Positions 1 to 11,673 of a stretch of DNA of 52,759 nt are shown here, in pieces (position 1 is the stretch's first letter; each line of letters begins with the position of its first letter). The position numbers and the translations under genes are program-made. The DNA comes from Nemertoderma westbladi (lineage: Eukaryota; Animalia; Xenacoelomorpha). The notes under the pieces were generated by a model, which did not search any database, was not told the DNA's origin, and worked only from the letters and a program-made list of their open reading frames with translations. The stretch covers positions 1 to 52,759 of the forward strand of contig JAUCBJ010008413.1 in the NCBI GenBank assembly GCA_032718475.1. Reading direction: 5' to 3'.

Positions 1-783
1 TTATTAGGTTTCGTACCGATGTACCTACAGTATTAGGCCTACTTCAGTTTCAGTATTCGTACCTATAGGCCTATTGCCTATTTATTATTGCCTATGTCCT
101 ACTGTATTACTTATTCTGTTATTAGGTTTCAGTATTACAGCAGTACCGTAAACTGTGGTTACTTTGCCCGGTGGGGTTACTTTGCCCAAACTTTTCACTT
201 ATCATTTAACTATCATTTTTAGAAAAAATATTGTTAATGTGGAATGTGGCGGTTATTAAGGTCATATTATAAAGGTGAATTACTGGTGAAGAGAATGATA
301 TGAAAATGCAGTATGGTTTCATTTATATAATCAATGTAATATTTTGATGAAATTACACTAAAAAAATCCATCAAAATCTATGTCCCAAACTTTACCTTGC
401 AAAAGTGAAAAGTATTTCTGCATTTTAACAATAACTATATTAGTTTGATTCTATATTTATTCATGCAAAATTTGAGCGGTTATACATACAAGTAATATTG
501 CAAGTGAAATATTTATGGGAATTTTTGTCAGCTTGGACCATTTCTTAAAATATGGGGGCTACTTTGCCCAGCTTTTTTTTTTTCACTTGGCACTTATTTT
601 TCTGACTATTTCGCTATGTTATTTAACAAGTCTACCAGCACATTTACCTTATATATTATCCCAGCAAATATTTGTAATATACGGATAGGCACGCACACCG
701 CTCTACTACTGTACTATACTGCCTGACGCCTGACAGATTTTACTACTAATCATTCATCAGCGGTGGCCTAAATCCTCTTAGCA

Positions 784-2085
784 ATGGTTAGAGCCTACAA
801 ACGTAAATTGGGAAGTCGAAAATATCGAGACTATTCGGAGAATACGCTTAATGCTGCTCTAGATGCGATGAAAAATGGCTTAACCAGTCGGGAAGCGGAG
901 GCTAAATTCAACATTCCGCGGAGAACATTAGTAAATAAAATGGGTGGAAAGCACCAATCTACTGTGGGACACCCGGTTATTTTGATGAATTATGAAGAGG
1001 CCGCAATAGTAAACCATTTGGCAATATGTGCCGAGTGGGGCATGCCATTGTCTATAATGGACTTAAGAATAAAAGTAGTTAAAAATTATCTAAATCGGTG
1101 TGGAAGGGTTGTGGATGAGTTTACGAACAATCAGCCAGGCAAAGATTGGGCATTGCTGTTAATTGAACGTCAGAAAAACCAATTGTCATTGCGGCTATGC
1201 CAAAATATTAAACGGGCCAGGGCTGCCGTCGGTCATGAGGAAATAATTGCTTACTTCGAACATCTAAAGAATACTCTGGAAGGGGTACCTATTAGTAATA
1301 TTCTTAACTACGATGAAACAAACTTCACGGACAATCCTGGATCGAAGAAGTTAATTTTCAAGAGAGGGGTTAAGTATCCGGACAGAGTGCAGAACTTTTC
1401 CAAGGGAGCTATTAGTCTAATGTTTTCTGGAAGCGCTGATGGTATACTACAGCCCATTTACGTAGTGTATAAGGCAACAAACTTATGGAACAATTGGTGC
1501 GAAGGAGGACCACCAAATACCCGATATGCTCGAACTACCAGTGGTTGGTTTGATGAAATAGCATTTGAAGAGTGGTTTATGACTATTTGCTTGCCCTGGG
1601 CAAAACATCTTGAAGGGAAAAAGGTGGTCATTGGTGATAACCTTAGTTCACACATTAGTGAAGGGGTAATAGATCAATGTTCTTGCAATAACATTTCGTT
1701 TGTCTTCCTTCCAGCCAATAGCACTCATCTAACCCAGCCTCTGGATGTGGCTTTCTTCAGACCTCTTAAAGGCCATTGGCGAACATTGCTAGACAGCTAC
1801 AAGACTAAAAACCCCAGCAGTATTTCACTTGAGAAACAATCCTTCCCACGTCTCCTAAATCAACTAATAATCAAGCTCAATGAGAATGGGGCAGCATCCA
1901 CAAACATTAAAGCTGGATTTCGAGCAGCTGGTATAGCACCATTTGATCCTACTAATGTATTGAAGAAGATTCCACATGTAACGAGTTCTGCTTCCCATTC
2001 CACACCCACCTCTGCAGAATCTTTGGTGTCTTTGGTTCTTTCCAATGAGGTACTTCTGCTTCCTGCAATGTTGTCTCTGCAATAA
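784..2085 (+). CDS. pogo/Tigger-like transposase (HTH_psq + CENP-B-type HTH + DDE_1 domain, DD35D)
   Basis: N-terminal psq-like HTH (YSENTLNAALDAMKNGLTSREAEAKFNIPRRTL) and GKDW motif. The catalytic motifs are NYDET, IGDNLSSH and LTQPLDVAFF, with 35 residues between the 2nd and 3rd Asp. The C-terminus is probably cut short (see findings). Confidence 0.92.
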   Translation: MVRAYKRKLGSRKYRDYSENTLNAALDAMKNGLTSREAEAKFNIPRRTLVNKMGGKHQSTVGHPVILMNYEEAAIVNHLAICAEWGMPLSIMDLRIKVVKNYLNRCGRVVDEFTNNQPGKDWALLLIERQKNQLSLRLCQNIKRARAAVGHEEIIAYFEHLKNTLEGVPISNILNYDETNFTDNPGSKKLIFKRGVKYPDRVQNFSKGAISLMFSGSADGILQPIYVVYKATNLWNNWCEGGPPNTRYARTTSGWFDEIAFEEWFMTICLPWAKHLEGKKVVIGDNLSSHISEGVIDQCSCNNISFVFLPANSTHLTQPLDVAFFRPLKGHWRTLLDSYKTKNPSSISLEKQSFPRLLNQLIIKLNENGAASTNIKAGFRAAGIAPFDPTNVLKKIPHVTSSASHSTPTSAESLVSLVLSNEVLLLPAMLSLQ

Positions 2086-2870
2086 TTCCCAATGAACAGC
2101 CCATTGCCATCTCACAGGAATTACCAGGTACTTCAATTGCAAGTACTTCTTCTTTCTCAGGTGTTGTCTCTGCAACAATTCCCAATGGGCAGACCGCTGC
2201 AGCAGTGCAGGAATCTCCAAGTACTTCAGCGAGAGAGTGAATCTCTAGTTCTCTTCTTGATTATTTGAAACTGTCACGTGAAAAGAATGTTAGTAAAATT
2301 ACCAGGCGACGTAAATTGAATGTTCCTGCTGGAAAAACAGTATCCGCAGAGGAGTATGATAAAATGAAAAAACGAGAGGAGGAAAATATTCGTGGTCGAG
2401 GTCGCTGTGCCATTCGAGGCCGCGGTGCCACTCGTGGATGTGGTGCCATTCCAAGCCATGGCACCAACCCAGGTCGTGGGACCAATCCAAGGGGTGGCAA
2501 CATTCGAGGTCGTAGCAGTTTACATACCCGTGGAGTGGGCCGTGGTCGCTCTATGGGAGTAAGAAGAAGGATCATTCGTAACGGAAATTATCATCAAGAT
2601 AGCGAGTCTGAGAGTGAGGGAGTGAGCGACAGTTTGGATTCTTTCTCTGACACAGACACTGACATGACTGATAACACAATTGCTGCGATTTTGGATTCAG
2701 ACAACATCAGTATCGACAACTTCGAATATTATGATTATAGTGACACTATGAGTGAGGAAAATGATGTATGTGACGATGCGACTCCAAGTAGATCGATTGC
2801 CAACTGGAATATGGATATGGAACTACCTGAACTAGGCCAATTAGAGGCACTTAATAATGATTATCATTAA
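2049..2870 (+). pseudogene. Disconnected C-terminal tail of the transposase (basic motif, RG-rich and acidic low-complexity segments)
   Basis: One frame is open from 2049 to 2237, has a single TGA at 2238-2240, then continues ISSSLLDYLKLSRE..RRRKLNVPAGKTVS into the RG repeats and D/E/S tail (ORF 2265-2870). It lies inside the TIRs and the ORF start is only TTG. Confidence 0.6.
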
Positions 2871-3689
2871 CTATTGTTTTGTTAGGTATATTTGTCTATT
2901 TTTTAGAACAGAAATTTACAATTACTGTCTAATTTGAAAAATTGCCAGTCTTGTTAGAGATAAATTTATTCTTATGCAATATTTTAGATTAGAAATTTAC
3001 CATTCTAATTTGAAAAACATTTATACTTCTACAATTTTTCAGAATAGAAATTGCCAATCTAGTTAGATAAACTTGTATTCTTACTGTATATGAAGTAATT
3101 TTATAGAATATAACCAAAGTTTTAGGTTCAGAATAGAAATATATTAGACCAATTAAAGAAACTCACCTGTTATTGCCTCATTATTCAATTAGATTTATGT
3201 AACTTTTTCGCATTATAAATTCTTATAGCATTTCTATAGGAATGTAGGAAATTTGATAAGGGGTGGTGCTAATTTTTTAAAATGCATTTTATGGGCAAAG
3301 TAGCCCCTCACTGGGGCTAAATTATCTCTTTTATCTGGTTTTCATTGCCAAATTATAGCAAAAAGTGCTTGAAACAGTGTAAATTCATTTAGTGGGCAAA
3401 GTTAGCCATACCTGGGGCTACTTTGCCCACAGCATAAATTTTTAAAAAACTATAAAAACGTTATTATATGCCCTTGGACTGAATGTTTTCACAAAATAAA
3501 ATTTCTAGTGCACCATAATTCACAATATTTCGTGCTGGTAATAGTGGTTGACATGTTTTTACACAATGTAACATCCATATGCTTTCGTAAAAATGGGCAA
3601 AGTAAACCCATTTTACGGTACTGAAGTATTTGTCGGCAGTGATTTTTTATGTCCTTTTATTTGACTTTTTTTGTCCTCCTTTTTTTACG

Positions 3690-3900
3690 AATTGTGCATA
3701 ATGACTTTTGTTGTCCTTTTAATGACTTTTGTTGTCCTTTTAATAACTTTTGATGTATGTATTTCCTCAAACTGTCAGACTGCTGATTTCTGGACTGTCA
3801 GACAGTTGATTTCAACATGCCTATGCCAAAACATTCAAAATTTGTTGATTTCTGGTCTGTCGGACAGTTGGTTTCACTATGCCTGTGCCAAAACATTCCA
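3690..3900. repeat. Short degenerate tandem repeats (~22-bp TAATGACTTTTGTTGTCCTTT x3; ~60-bp TGATTTCTGG..GCCAAAACATTC x2)
   Basis: Directly visible direct repeats. Confidence 0.6.
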
Positions 3901-4037
3901 TGATTCCATGATTTATAGACTATGAGATAGAATTCCATATGCGCATGTGGTAAAAAGACTTTTAATTTAATAGTTTGTGGTTGTTGTCGATAATCGATTA
4001 CCACATGACGTAGCAAAACACTCATTTTATAGCCAAA

Positions 4038-4790
4038 AACAATTACCAATTGATAGAAAGGAGCAGGTTAAGGCCGGATTTTCTAACCAAAACAATAAAC
4101 AGTCATATTACCAAATCAGGGAAAGGAGCAGGTTACAGAGGCGGGATTTTCTAACCAAAACAATAGACGATCATTTAACTAATTGAGGGAAAGGGGCAGG
4201 TTACAGAGGCGGGATTTTCTAACCAAAACAATAAACGATAATTTAACTAATTGAGGGAAAGGAGCAGGTTACAGAGACGGGATTTTCTAACCAAAACAAT
4301 AAACGATAACATCACCAATTCAGAGAAAGGAGCAGGTTACAGAGGCGGGATTTTCTAACCAAAACAATAAACAGTCACTTTACCAAATCAGGAAAAGGAG
4401 CAGGTTACAGAGACGGGATTTTCTAACCAAAACAATAAACGATAGCATTACCAATTGAGAGAAAGGAGCAGGTTACAGAGGCGGGATTTCCTAACCAAAA
4501 CAATAAACGATCACGTAACTAATTGAGGGAAAGGAGCAGGTTACAAAGGCGGGATTATCTAACCAAAACAATAAACGATGACTTAACTAATTGAGGGAAA
4601 GGTGCAGGTTACAGAGGCGGGATTTTCTAACCAAAACAATAAACGATCATTTAACTAATTGAGGGAAAGTGGCAGGTTACAGAGGCGGGATTTTCTAACC
4701 AAAACAATAAACGATCATTTAACTAATTAAGGGAAAGGGGCAGGTTACAGAGGCGGGCCTTTCTAACCAAAACAATAAACGGTCACTTTA
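4038..4790. repeat. 68-bp minisatellite, ~11 units (GGGAAAGGAGCAGGTTACAGAGGCGGGATTTTCTAACCAAAACAATAAACGA...)
   Basis: GAAAGG recurs at 4121, 4189, 4257 and onward. Two-unit versions occur at ~5520-5650, 25370-25500, 32920-33050 and 51245-51375. Confidence 0.92.
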
Positions 4791-4837
4791 CCTTTAAGAA
4801 CATTAGATTATTGCGGTTTTTGTCTGCAGTAGTATAG

Positions 4838-5305
4838 TATTTATTTTGGGGGATTATGTATTTATTTTGGGCAAAAATTTATTTGTTTTGGGGGAAAATG
4901 TATTTATTTTGGGTGAAAATATATTTGTTTTGGGGGAAAATGTATTTATTTTGGGCAAAAATGTATTTGTTTTGGGGGAAAAAGTATTTATTTTGGGCTA
5001 AAATGTATTTGTTTTGGGGGAAAATGTATTTGTTTTGGGAAAATTTGTAATTATTTTGGGGGTTATGTCATTTATTTTGGTGCTAATAATTGGTTTTGGG
5101 GAGCATTTATTTATTTTGGTATCGAATAATTGGTTTTGGTGTTGAATAATTGTTTTTGGTTTTGAAAACCTTATTTTTGTGTTTGAATTAATAAGTTTAT
5201 TTGGGGTGACTTTATTTTATTTGGTGTTGAATAATTTTTTTGGGGTCACATTATTAATTTGGTATAAAATAATTTTTTTTGGTGAAATTTTCATCTATTT
5301 TGGGA
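4838..5305. repeat. 21-bp T/G-rich minisatellite (ATGTATTT(A/G)TTTTGGGGGAAA), decaying to the right
   Basis: Regular 21-bp period over 4856-5045, then degenerate copies. Confidence 0.85.
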
Positions 5306-5649
5306 TGACTTTAATTGGTAGCCTTTGATTAATTATAATCGGCGGGATGAACGTGTTTGGGGGCCTCCTTTGGGGACCATTGTATGAAACACTTTCAAGG
5401 CCCTACAACTTATTTTGTGAAACACTTTTATATGTAGGCCCTAACGCTTATTTTATGAAACACTTTTTTAATTTTTTTTTCATAAACATTTTTTTTTCAT
5501 AAATAAGTAACACACGCCATAAACCAATTGAGGGAAAGGAGCAGGTTACAGAGGCAGGCTTGTCTAACCAAAACAAATAAACGGCATCTTTACCAATTGA
5601 GGGAAAGGAGCAGGTTACAGAGGCGGGCTTTTCTAACCAAAACAATTAA

Positions 5650-6683
5650 CAGACAGTCACACTGTACTGTTAATGCAGTACTGTAGGTCTAATGCAGTTG
5701 GAGGCCCTGAAATACATTAGTCCTTTATCAGCTTCATCAGAGACTTAGGGTTTACCTTAATGCAATTGCAAAGTCTATTCACTCGTCGCATGTTCAGGTT
5801 GTTCTATGCCTTGCAGCCAAATCGTCGGTAAAAAGGCAAAAGGGCATTTATGCATGCGGATTCCTGACAATGTCTCCCATTTTCATATTATTAAAGCCTG
5901 ATGTGATTTTTGTACAAAAACATAGACATTATTTTTCGGATGTAAAAGGGCATTTGTGTAAAATCATGTAAAGGCAAAAAGCCATGTACTGTATGCCTAC
6001 TGCTGATGTATATCCACATACAGTACCTAGACCCTACCGGTTGGTGATATTAGAGTCGATCGGACTGTACAGTCAGACTGACAGCGTAAATTGAAAAATA
6101 GTCGTATTAGTAGTACAGTATAGTGTCTGTCAACTGTACTAAAGGCAAAAGGGAATTTGATGGTTTCATTGCCATCAACTTATATCGATCATAGAATGTC
6201 AAGTAACTATGAGATAAAACTGATAAAGAGCTTCACCAGATACCAAATATATTAAATTTGGTTGAACCAATAAGACTTTACAAATATTACGTTTTCATTT
6301 TCCTTATTGAACCTTTTTCAAGTGATTTTATGTTATTTTATATTCAAGGTATTATTTTTTTTACTCTGCGTCTAGAACATCCTGTATACGGCGTCTTATA
6401 AATATTTTTTAGTAATAATAAAATGGCAAAATTTGAAACAGAGACAGTTTTACCCCCCCCCCCCCCCCCCCCCAACCCCCTTCTTAGTGGGTGAGTCAGA
6501 ATTTATTCGGTAATAACAGGAATCAATTTGGTTTACATATATCCAACTTTCCCCACATCCATTTCACACTTCGCGATAATATAATGTTATAATGTCGTTA
6601 ATGTAAATATTTGGTTCTTTAAATTTCTTCTGATAATCTAACTGTTTTTAAATTTAATCAACATAATCTACAACTAACTACAT
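5650..6683. repeat. ~1.1-kb shared 3' flanking/3'UTR module that follows every ZNF copy
   Basis: Homologous blocks at ~11915-13090, 25500-26670, 33055-34120, 39415-39990 plus 44168-44990, and 51380-52380. Minus-strand AATAAA candidates are present. Confidence 0.8.
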
Positions 6684-6883
6684 TGGTTGTTCTCACAAAA
6701 AGTGGCCAAGATTTAGAGAAAAAATGTCAATTTTTTTTGTCAAAACTATATAAATATATACATATTTCGAGAGCTCTCGATGAGGCGATTTCGAATACAT
6801 TAGTGGGCCGTTTTTTTTAGTAAAGTTGTAACTGGTTTTATTCGTGAAAAACTAATGTCCACAATGTAACATTTCGTCCCAGG

Positions 6884-7056
6884 TGTAACGCTACTTGTTA
6901 GCCAATCAGTTAGCCTTCATTTCACAGAACGCCCACAATCTAACTTGTTGCCTCTAATGTAACGCTACTTGTTAGCCAATCAGAAGCCATCATTTCACAG
7001 AACGCCCACAATCTAACTTGTTGTCTCTAATGTAACGCTACTTGTTAACCAATCAT
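6884..7056. repeat. ~74-bp tandem repeat (~2.4 units) containing CCAATCA, inside the TIR element
   Basis: TGTAACGCTACTTGTTAGCCAATCAG recurs at ~6884, 6958 and 7031. A second copy is at ~34320-34490. Confidence 0.75.
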
Positions 7057-7294
7057 TACTCGGGGATGGACATTTAAAATATATACCAGAAATTCAACAG
7101 TCACTTGTACTGTATGTCATGTAACGTAACTTTCATTATTAACCGTAAACTAAGGATTTATCGACCAAATGGCTAAAAATAATATTTTTCAAATCAGCAA
7201 ATTATTTCGTTTGTATTATTGTATACATACAATATGAATATACATATTATTGTAACAATAATTGTACAAAATAGTTAACGGAGTCCTTAAAACC

Positions 7295-8110
7295 ATCACA
7301 AACTTAATCTCTAAGTACTTCACGTGTAACGCCATCACTAACGTAATCTCTAAGTCCTTCACGTGTAACGCCATCCCATCACTATCTTAATCTCTAAGTC
7401 CTTCACGTGTAACGCCATCCCATCACTAACTTAAAGTCCTTCACGTGTAACGCCATCACTAACTTAATCTTAAGTCCTTCACATGTAACGCCATCACTAA
7501 CTTGATCTCTAAGTCCTTCACGTGTAACGCCATCCCATCACTAACTTAATCTCTAAGTCCTTCACATGTAACGCCATCACTAACTTAATCTATAAGTCCT
7601 TCACGTGTAACTAAGTCCTTCACATGTAACGCCATCACTAACTTAATCTCTAAGTCCTTCACGTGTAACGCCATCCCATCACTAACTTAATCTCTAAGTC
7701 CTTCACGTGTAACGCCATCCCATCACTAACTTAAAGTCCTTCACGTGTAACGCCATCACTAACTTAATCTCTAAGTCCTTCACGTGTAACGCCATCCCAT
7801 CACTAACTTGATCTCTAAGTCCTTCACGTGTAACGCCATCACTAACTTAATCTCTAAGTCCTTCACGTGTAACGCCATCACTAACGTAATCTATAAGTCC
7901 TTCACGTGTAACTAAGTCCTTCACATGTAACGCCATCACTAACTTAATCTCTAAGTCCTTCAGTGTAACGCCATCCCATCACTAACTTAATCTATAAGTC
8001 CTTCACATGTAACGCCATCACTAACTTGATCTCTAAGTCCTTCACGTGTAACGCCATCCCATCACTAACTTAATCTCTAAGTCCTTCACGTGTAACGCCA
8101 TCACTAACTT
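7295..8110. repeat. 39/44-bp minisatellite (~21 units), nearly every unit with CACGTG/CACATG
   Basis: Unit AAGTCCTTCACGTGTAACGCCATC(CCATC)ACTAACTTAATCTCT. Confidence 0.93.
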
Positions 8111-8942
8111 CAATCGAGAAGTTCTTACCCGACACAACACGCCTAATTCCGTTTGACAATTGTAATGGCATGACGTTGGCTTTAAGAAGTACTGTTTTAG
8201 AACCGAAATAAAGAAAGGTAAAAAATCATGAGCTTTTCCTAAACCCTTTAGGTAGTACTAGGTACATTCCTAATGACGGTATTTTTGTAGATTTACGTTT
8301 TCGCACAATGCTCGAGTTCTAATAAACGAATTCCTATAATTCTTTTACCTGCTGGGCTGGTAGCTAAATAAATCGCCGTTTAGAAATATCTCACTTGGAG
8401 ATGTTGTGAATAAATAAAAAAAATGAAAATGTCATGAAAACGAGCGTTACATGGTGGACAAAATCCTAGTGACGGCGTAATTAATTGTTAGTAAATAGTA
8501 AATATATAAAATGTGAGTAGCTTCGGTTGAAAACCACCAATAGCATGTGAAAGAGCATTAAATTTGCTTTATTTTGATGTATGGTATGTGGAACCTTTGC
8601 TTTCATTGCTTTAGCTCAGAAGCCAAATACTTAAAAATAATTCAATGTGACATTTCAAAAAACATGCATTTTCGATATTTGAAATGGTGTCATTCTCTAG
8701 GTTGTGAAAGGAATCTGTTGAAAATTTGCTGAAATATGAGCAGATTTCCGCTCTTCCGATTGGTATATAGGTTCATGGGGTTAAATCTGTGTCGTTTGGA
8801 AATATAACCGTGCGAATGCATGGCCATTTTGACATAAAAGTTTGGCCACTTTTTGTGAGAACGACCCACATACATAATTTTAGTTAATCTGTGTCCAACA
8901 ATATCACCGGAAGTGGATAAACGTTTCTTACAAACATTACAG

Positions 8943-9547
8943 TTACAGAGTCTCCCCACTGCGGATACATTTGTGGCGCTTTACTTGATGGCGTTGGTAG
9001 AAACATTTACCGCATGTATCGCAGCTAAACGGTCGTTCCCCTGTATGTAATCTCTTGTGAGTGTTTAGATTGCTACTCTGCGTAAATTCCTTCCCACATG
9101 TGTCGCACAAGAACGGTCGCTCTCCACTGTGCGTACGTTTGTGTGTCTTTAGGGAACTTAGTCGAGAATAACTTTTCTCACACAGGTTGCAGTTATACGG
9201 TTTCTCTCCACTATGCGAACGTTTGTGTATCTTTAGGGAACTTAGTAGAGAATAACTTTTCTCACACAGGTTGCAGTTATACGGTTTCTCTCCACTATGC
9301 GAACGTTTGTGTGTCTTTAGGGAACTTAGTTGAGAGAAACGTGTGTTACAGATGCCGCATTGGTAAGGTCGCTCGCCAGTGTGGATCCGTTGGTGTCTAA
9401 TTAGGTGGCTGTTATATGCGAACGTCTTATCACAAGTATTACAGCTGAACTGCTGTTGGACGAAGGAATTATTCATTCTTCCGTGTGTTACGTCATCGTC
9501 GGAAGTGAGCATGTCTGAATCATCGGGGGATGGTTGTGATTGGCCGC
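8943..9547 (-). CDS. ZNF-A1 exon 2: six C2H2 zinc fingers (last one ending H-K-C)
   Basis: CxxC-x12-HxxxH repeats with TGE(R/K)P linkers. The acceptor TTTCTCTAG|G at 9548/9547 is in phase with exon 1. Confidence 0.9.
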
Positions 9548-10721
9548 CTAGAGAAAGTAATGGAGTGGATTAATAATGGAGAATATTGATTAATATCAGA
9601 ATATGTAAGTAATGCACTATAATAATGTAATAATAGAACAATAAAACTCACGAAAATCATAGAAAATTCAACACAACACAATATCCGATTTGTTTATATA
9701 CGATTCGGTTTTATCGGTTTTAATCCGATTGGAGTTAACAAATATATAATAAGGTGTTTTACAAAAATGAAAAATTGTGGAATGACTTTTCTAAGATTTG
9801 AACCAGCGCAGCCTAAATGCCTTATGGCTTAATACGTACTATTACTGTATATGTAGTGTAATTTCCCCCGCTTCATTTTAACATAGGCCTATACTAGAAT
9901 CATGTCGAACCTCTGATAGAGATATGAGATATAATTTAAAAAAATATTAATTTTGTACAGTTCCATTATCAGGTCAATTCAAATTAAAAAAAAAGTTTTT
10001 GAAATTAAAATTTACTGTTGTAAATGCTGCAAAAGCATATTTCCACAGCCTAAGGAAATGTAATTACTAAAAGGGAAACATATACATGATTGTGCTACTG
10101 CTGGCTAAATAGAATGCTTAATTGCAACATATTTAAGACAATCAATGTATTATCATAAAAAAATATTGTCTTCGAGTTAGAACTTTACAATTTCTGCTGT
10201 CGCGAAATATTCAAAGCAAACACACTATAAAATATGTTGTAGATCAGATCAGATGCCAAATAAACTCAAACCAATGTATTTTATTAACAATGTAATGTCG
10301 TTGAGTTAGCACATTATAAGTTCTGCAGTCGCAAAATATTCAAAGCAAACACAAATTCCCATAATGATATCTTGCAATGAATTATCTTGTATGAAAAGAC
10401 AATTTTAGATATAAGTTACTGTATATCACACCACCAAAACTACGATTTTATATTTTTGAACAAAATCGTGACCTCATCACCCTGCAGAACAAAGTGGGTG
10501 TAAACGCTACGCCGACTGCCGACAACCTATCCCTGGAACCGTTTTTAATTTAAGTTAAATAATTTTAACTATAGGGCCTAACATATGTGATATCGACATT
10601 TTTTGTTTTAATTTGAATATTCAGCAAAATCATCCACATCAAATGTAACCTGAACCTGATAAGTTTTCCTATGCAGGCAATACGGACTAAATGTTGTTTA
10701 ATCTAACATATAGTAACTCAC

Positions 10722-11673
10722 CGATACCGGAAACTGTTGATTTGGGTCTTAATGGGAGGTTGTAGGTATTGGGAAGGTCTAAGTCGAAGTCGCCTAGAGG
10801 CTGAGTAGAGATGGGGGTCGAGTAGTTGGTGAGTGGGGAGAGACCCTGGGTGGTGTGGGGGTGGGGGGTCGATGTGTCTGTATGGATTCCATGTGGTCTA
10901 TTTATATCGAAAAATAATTCATTTAAGACATCGCCAACCTCACCTACGTCGGGTTTATATTCCAGTTCGTCTTCCGTCTCAATGAATATGATTTCCGGAG
11001 CATCGGATGGCTCTGATAGAGGTTGTGTAGAATTATTGGTTGAGTTGGTTGTGGTTACTGCAGGGGAGTTGGTTGTGGTTACTGCAGGGGTATACGATAT
11101 GTTGTTATCAGATAATAAAGTTAAACTGGCTGTATTATTAGACGATTCAGATACAATGGGGTTTGGTTTGGTGTCTATCAGACTCAATTTGGGGTTCATT
11201 TGTATTTGATTTCCGGGGAGGTCTGCCTGGTTGAGATATGGTAACCCCACCACAGGGTGCATGGATGAGGGTTCGGTACGTGGAGTGTGTGGATTCGAGT
11301 TTCGAGATTTAGGGTGGAAACCAATTCCGGTCGCAGGATTGTCATTGTGGAAGAGCCTAGTACCGCCATTTGTCGTCCTCAATGGATTCTGCGGCAGTGG
11401 CAGACTGGTCTTACGGTACCCGGTAGTCGGGACAGTGGTCGGTGATTGAGTTATGTATTGGGGCAAAGCCGAGGTGGTGGCGGCGTTGTTAAAGGGATAG
11501 GAGAGTGAATGCTGTAGCCACTCAGTAATGCGACCAGCCGTACAATTCTTAACAACATAATCGTCCAGAAAACACGAGTTTACTTCCAAGTATTCTTCGA
11601 TAAATCTCCGCACAAACGTGTCATTTTCTGAACAGATGTTCACGAACATAGATTTGGTAATTACCAATGCCAT
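10722..11673 (-). CDS. ZNF-A1 exon 1: uncharacterised N-terminal domain + S/T/P/N-rich linker (spliced product 518 aa from ATG 11673)
   Basis: Long ORF conserved in 5 paralogs. Donor ATCG|GTGAGT at 10722/10721 (phase 1). The ancestral ATG at 11711 is out of frame because of an 11-bp insertion. Confidence 0.72.

Larger units (their letters stand above)
146..3618 (+). mobile_element. pogo-superfamily (Tc1/mariner group) DNA transposon with ~24-bp TIRs and TA target duplication
   Basis: Left end TA|CCGTAAACTGTGGTTACTTTGCCC (146-) and right end GGGCAAAGTAAACCCATTTTACGG|TA (-3618) are inverted repeats. TA lies at 144-145 and 3619-3620 within a CAG-TA-CTG target. Subterminal copies of GGGG(C/T)TACTTTGCCC or its inverse occur at ~173, ~555, ~3293, ~3394 and ~3414. 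The element contains a transposase ORF. Confidence 0.92.
6684..8867. mobile_element. Non-autonomous TIR DNA transposon with 4-bp TSD (ACAT), possibly Sola2-like, inserted ~75 bp 3' of the ZNF-A1 stop
   Basis: Ends TGGTTGTTCTCACAAAAAGTGGCCAA and TTGGCCACTTTTTGTGAGAACGACCC. ACAT lies at 6680-6683 and 8868-8871. The empty site CTAACT-ACAT-ACAGAATTTT is seen at ~13011, 26591 and 44913. The family is inferred only from the GGG terminus and 4-bp TSD. Confidence 0.85.

Noticed and set aside
4856-5050. MYLFWAK/GK repeat peptide ORF
   Set aside because: It is the translation of a 21-bp minisatellite, with no independent coding evidence.
8690-8959. 89-aa ORF with CNCNVC after the ZNF stop (also 36236-36586)
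   Set aside because: It runs across the transposon insertion junction in the 3'UTR, so it is a chance chimeric frame.
10687-10721. C-terminal ELLYVRLNNI of the exon-1 ORFs as the true protein end
   Set aside because: It follows a consensus G|GTGAGT donor that splices in frame to the finger exon, so it is intron read-through (RNA evidence is still needed).
10826-11449. Plus-strand ORFs recurring in each gene copy
   Set aside because: They are antisense shadows of exon 1, repeated only because the gene is duplicated.
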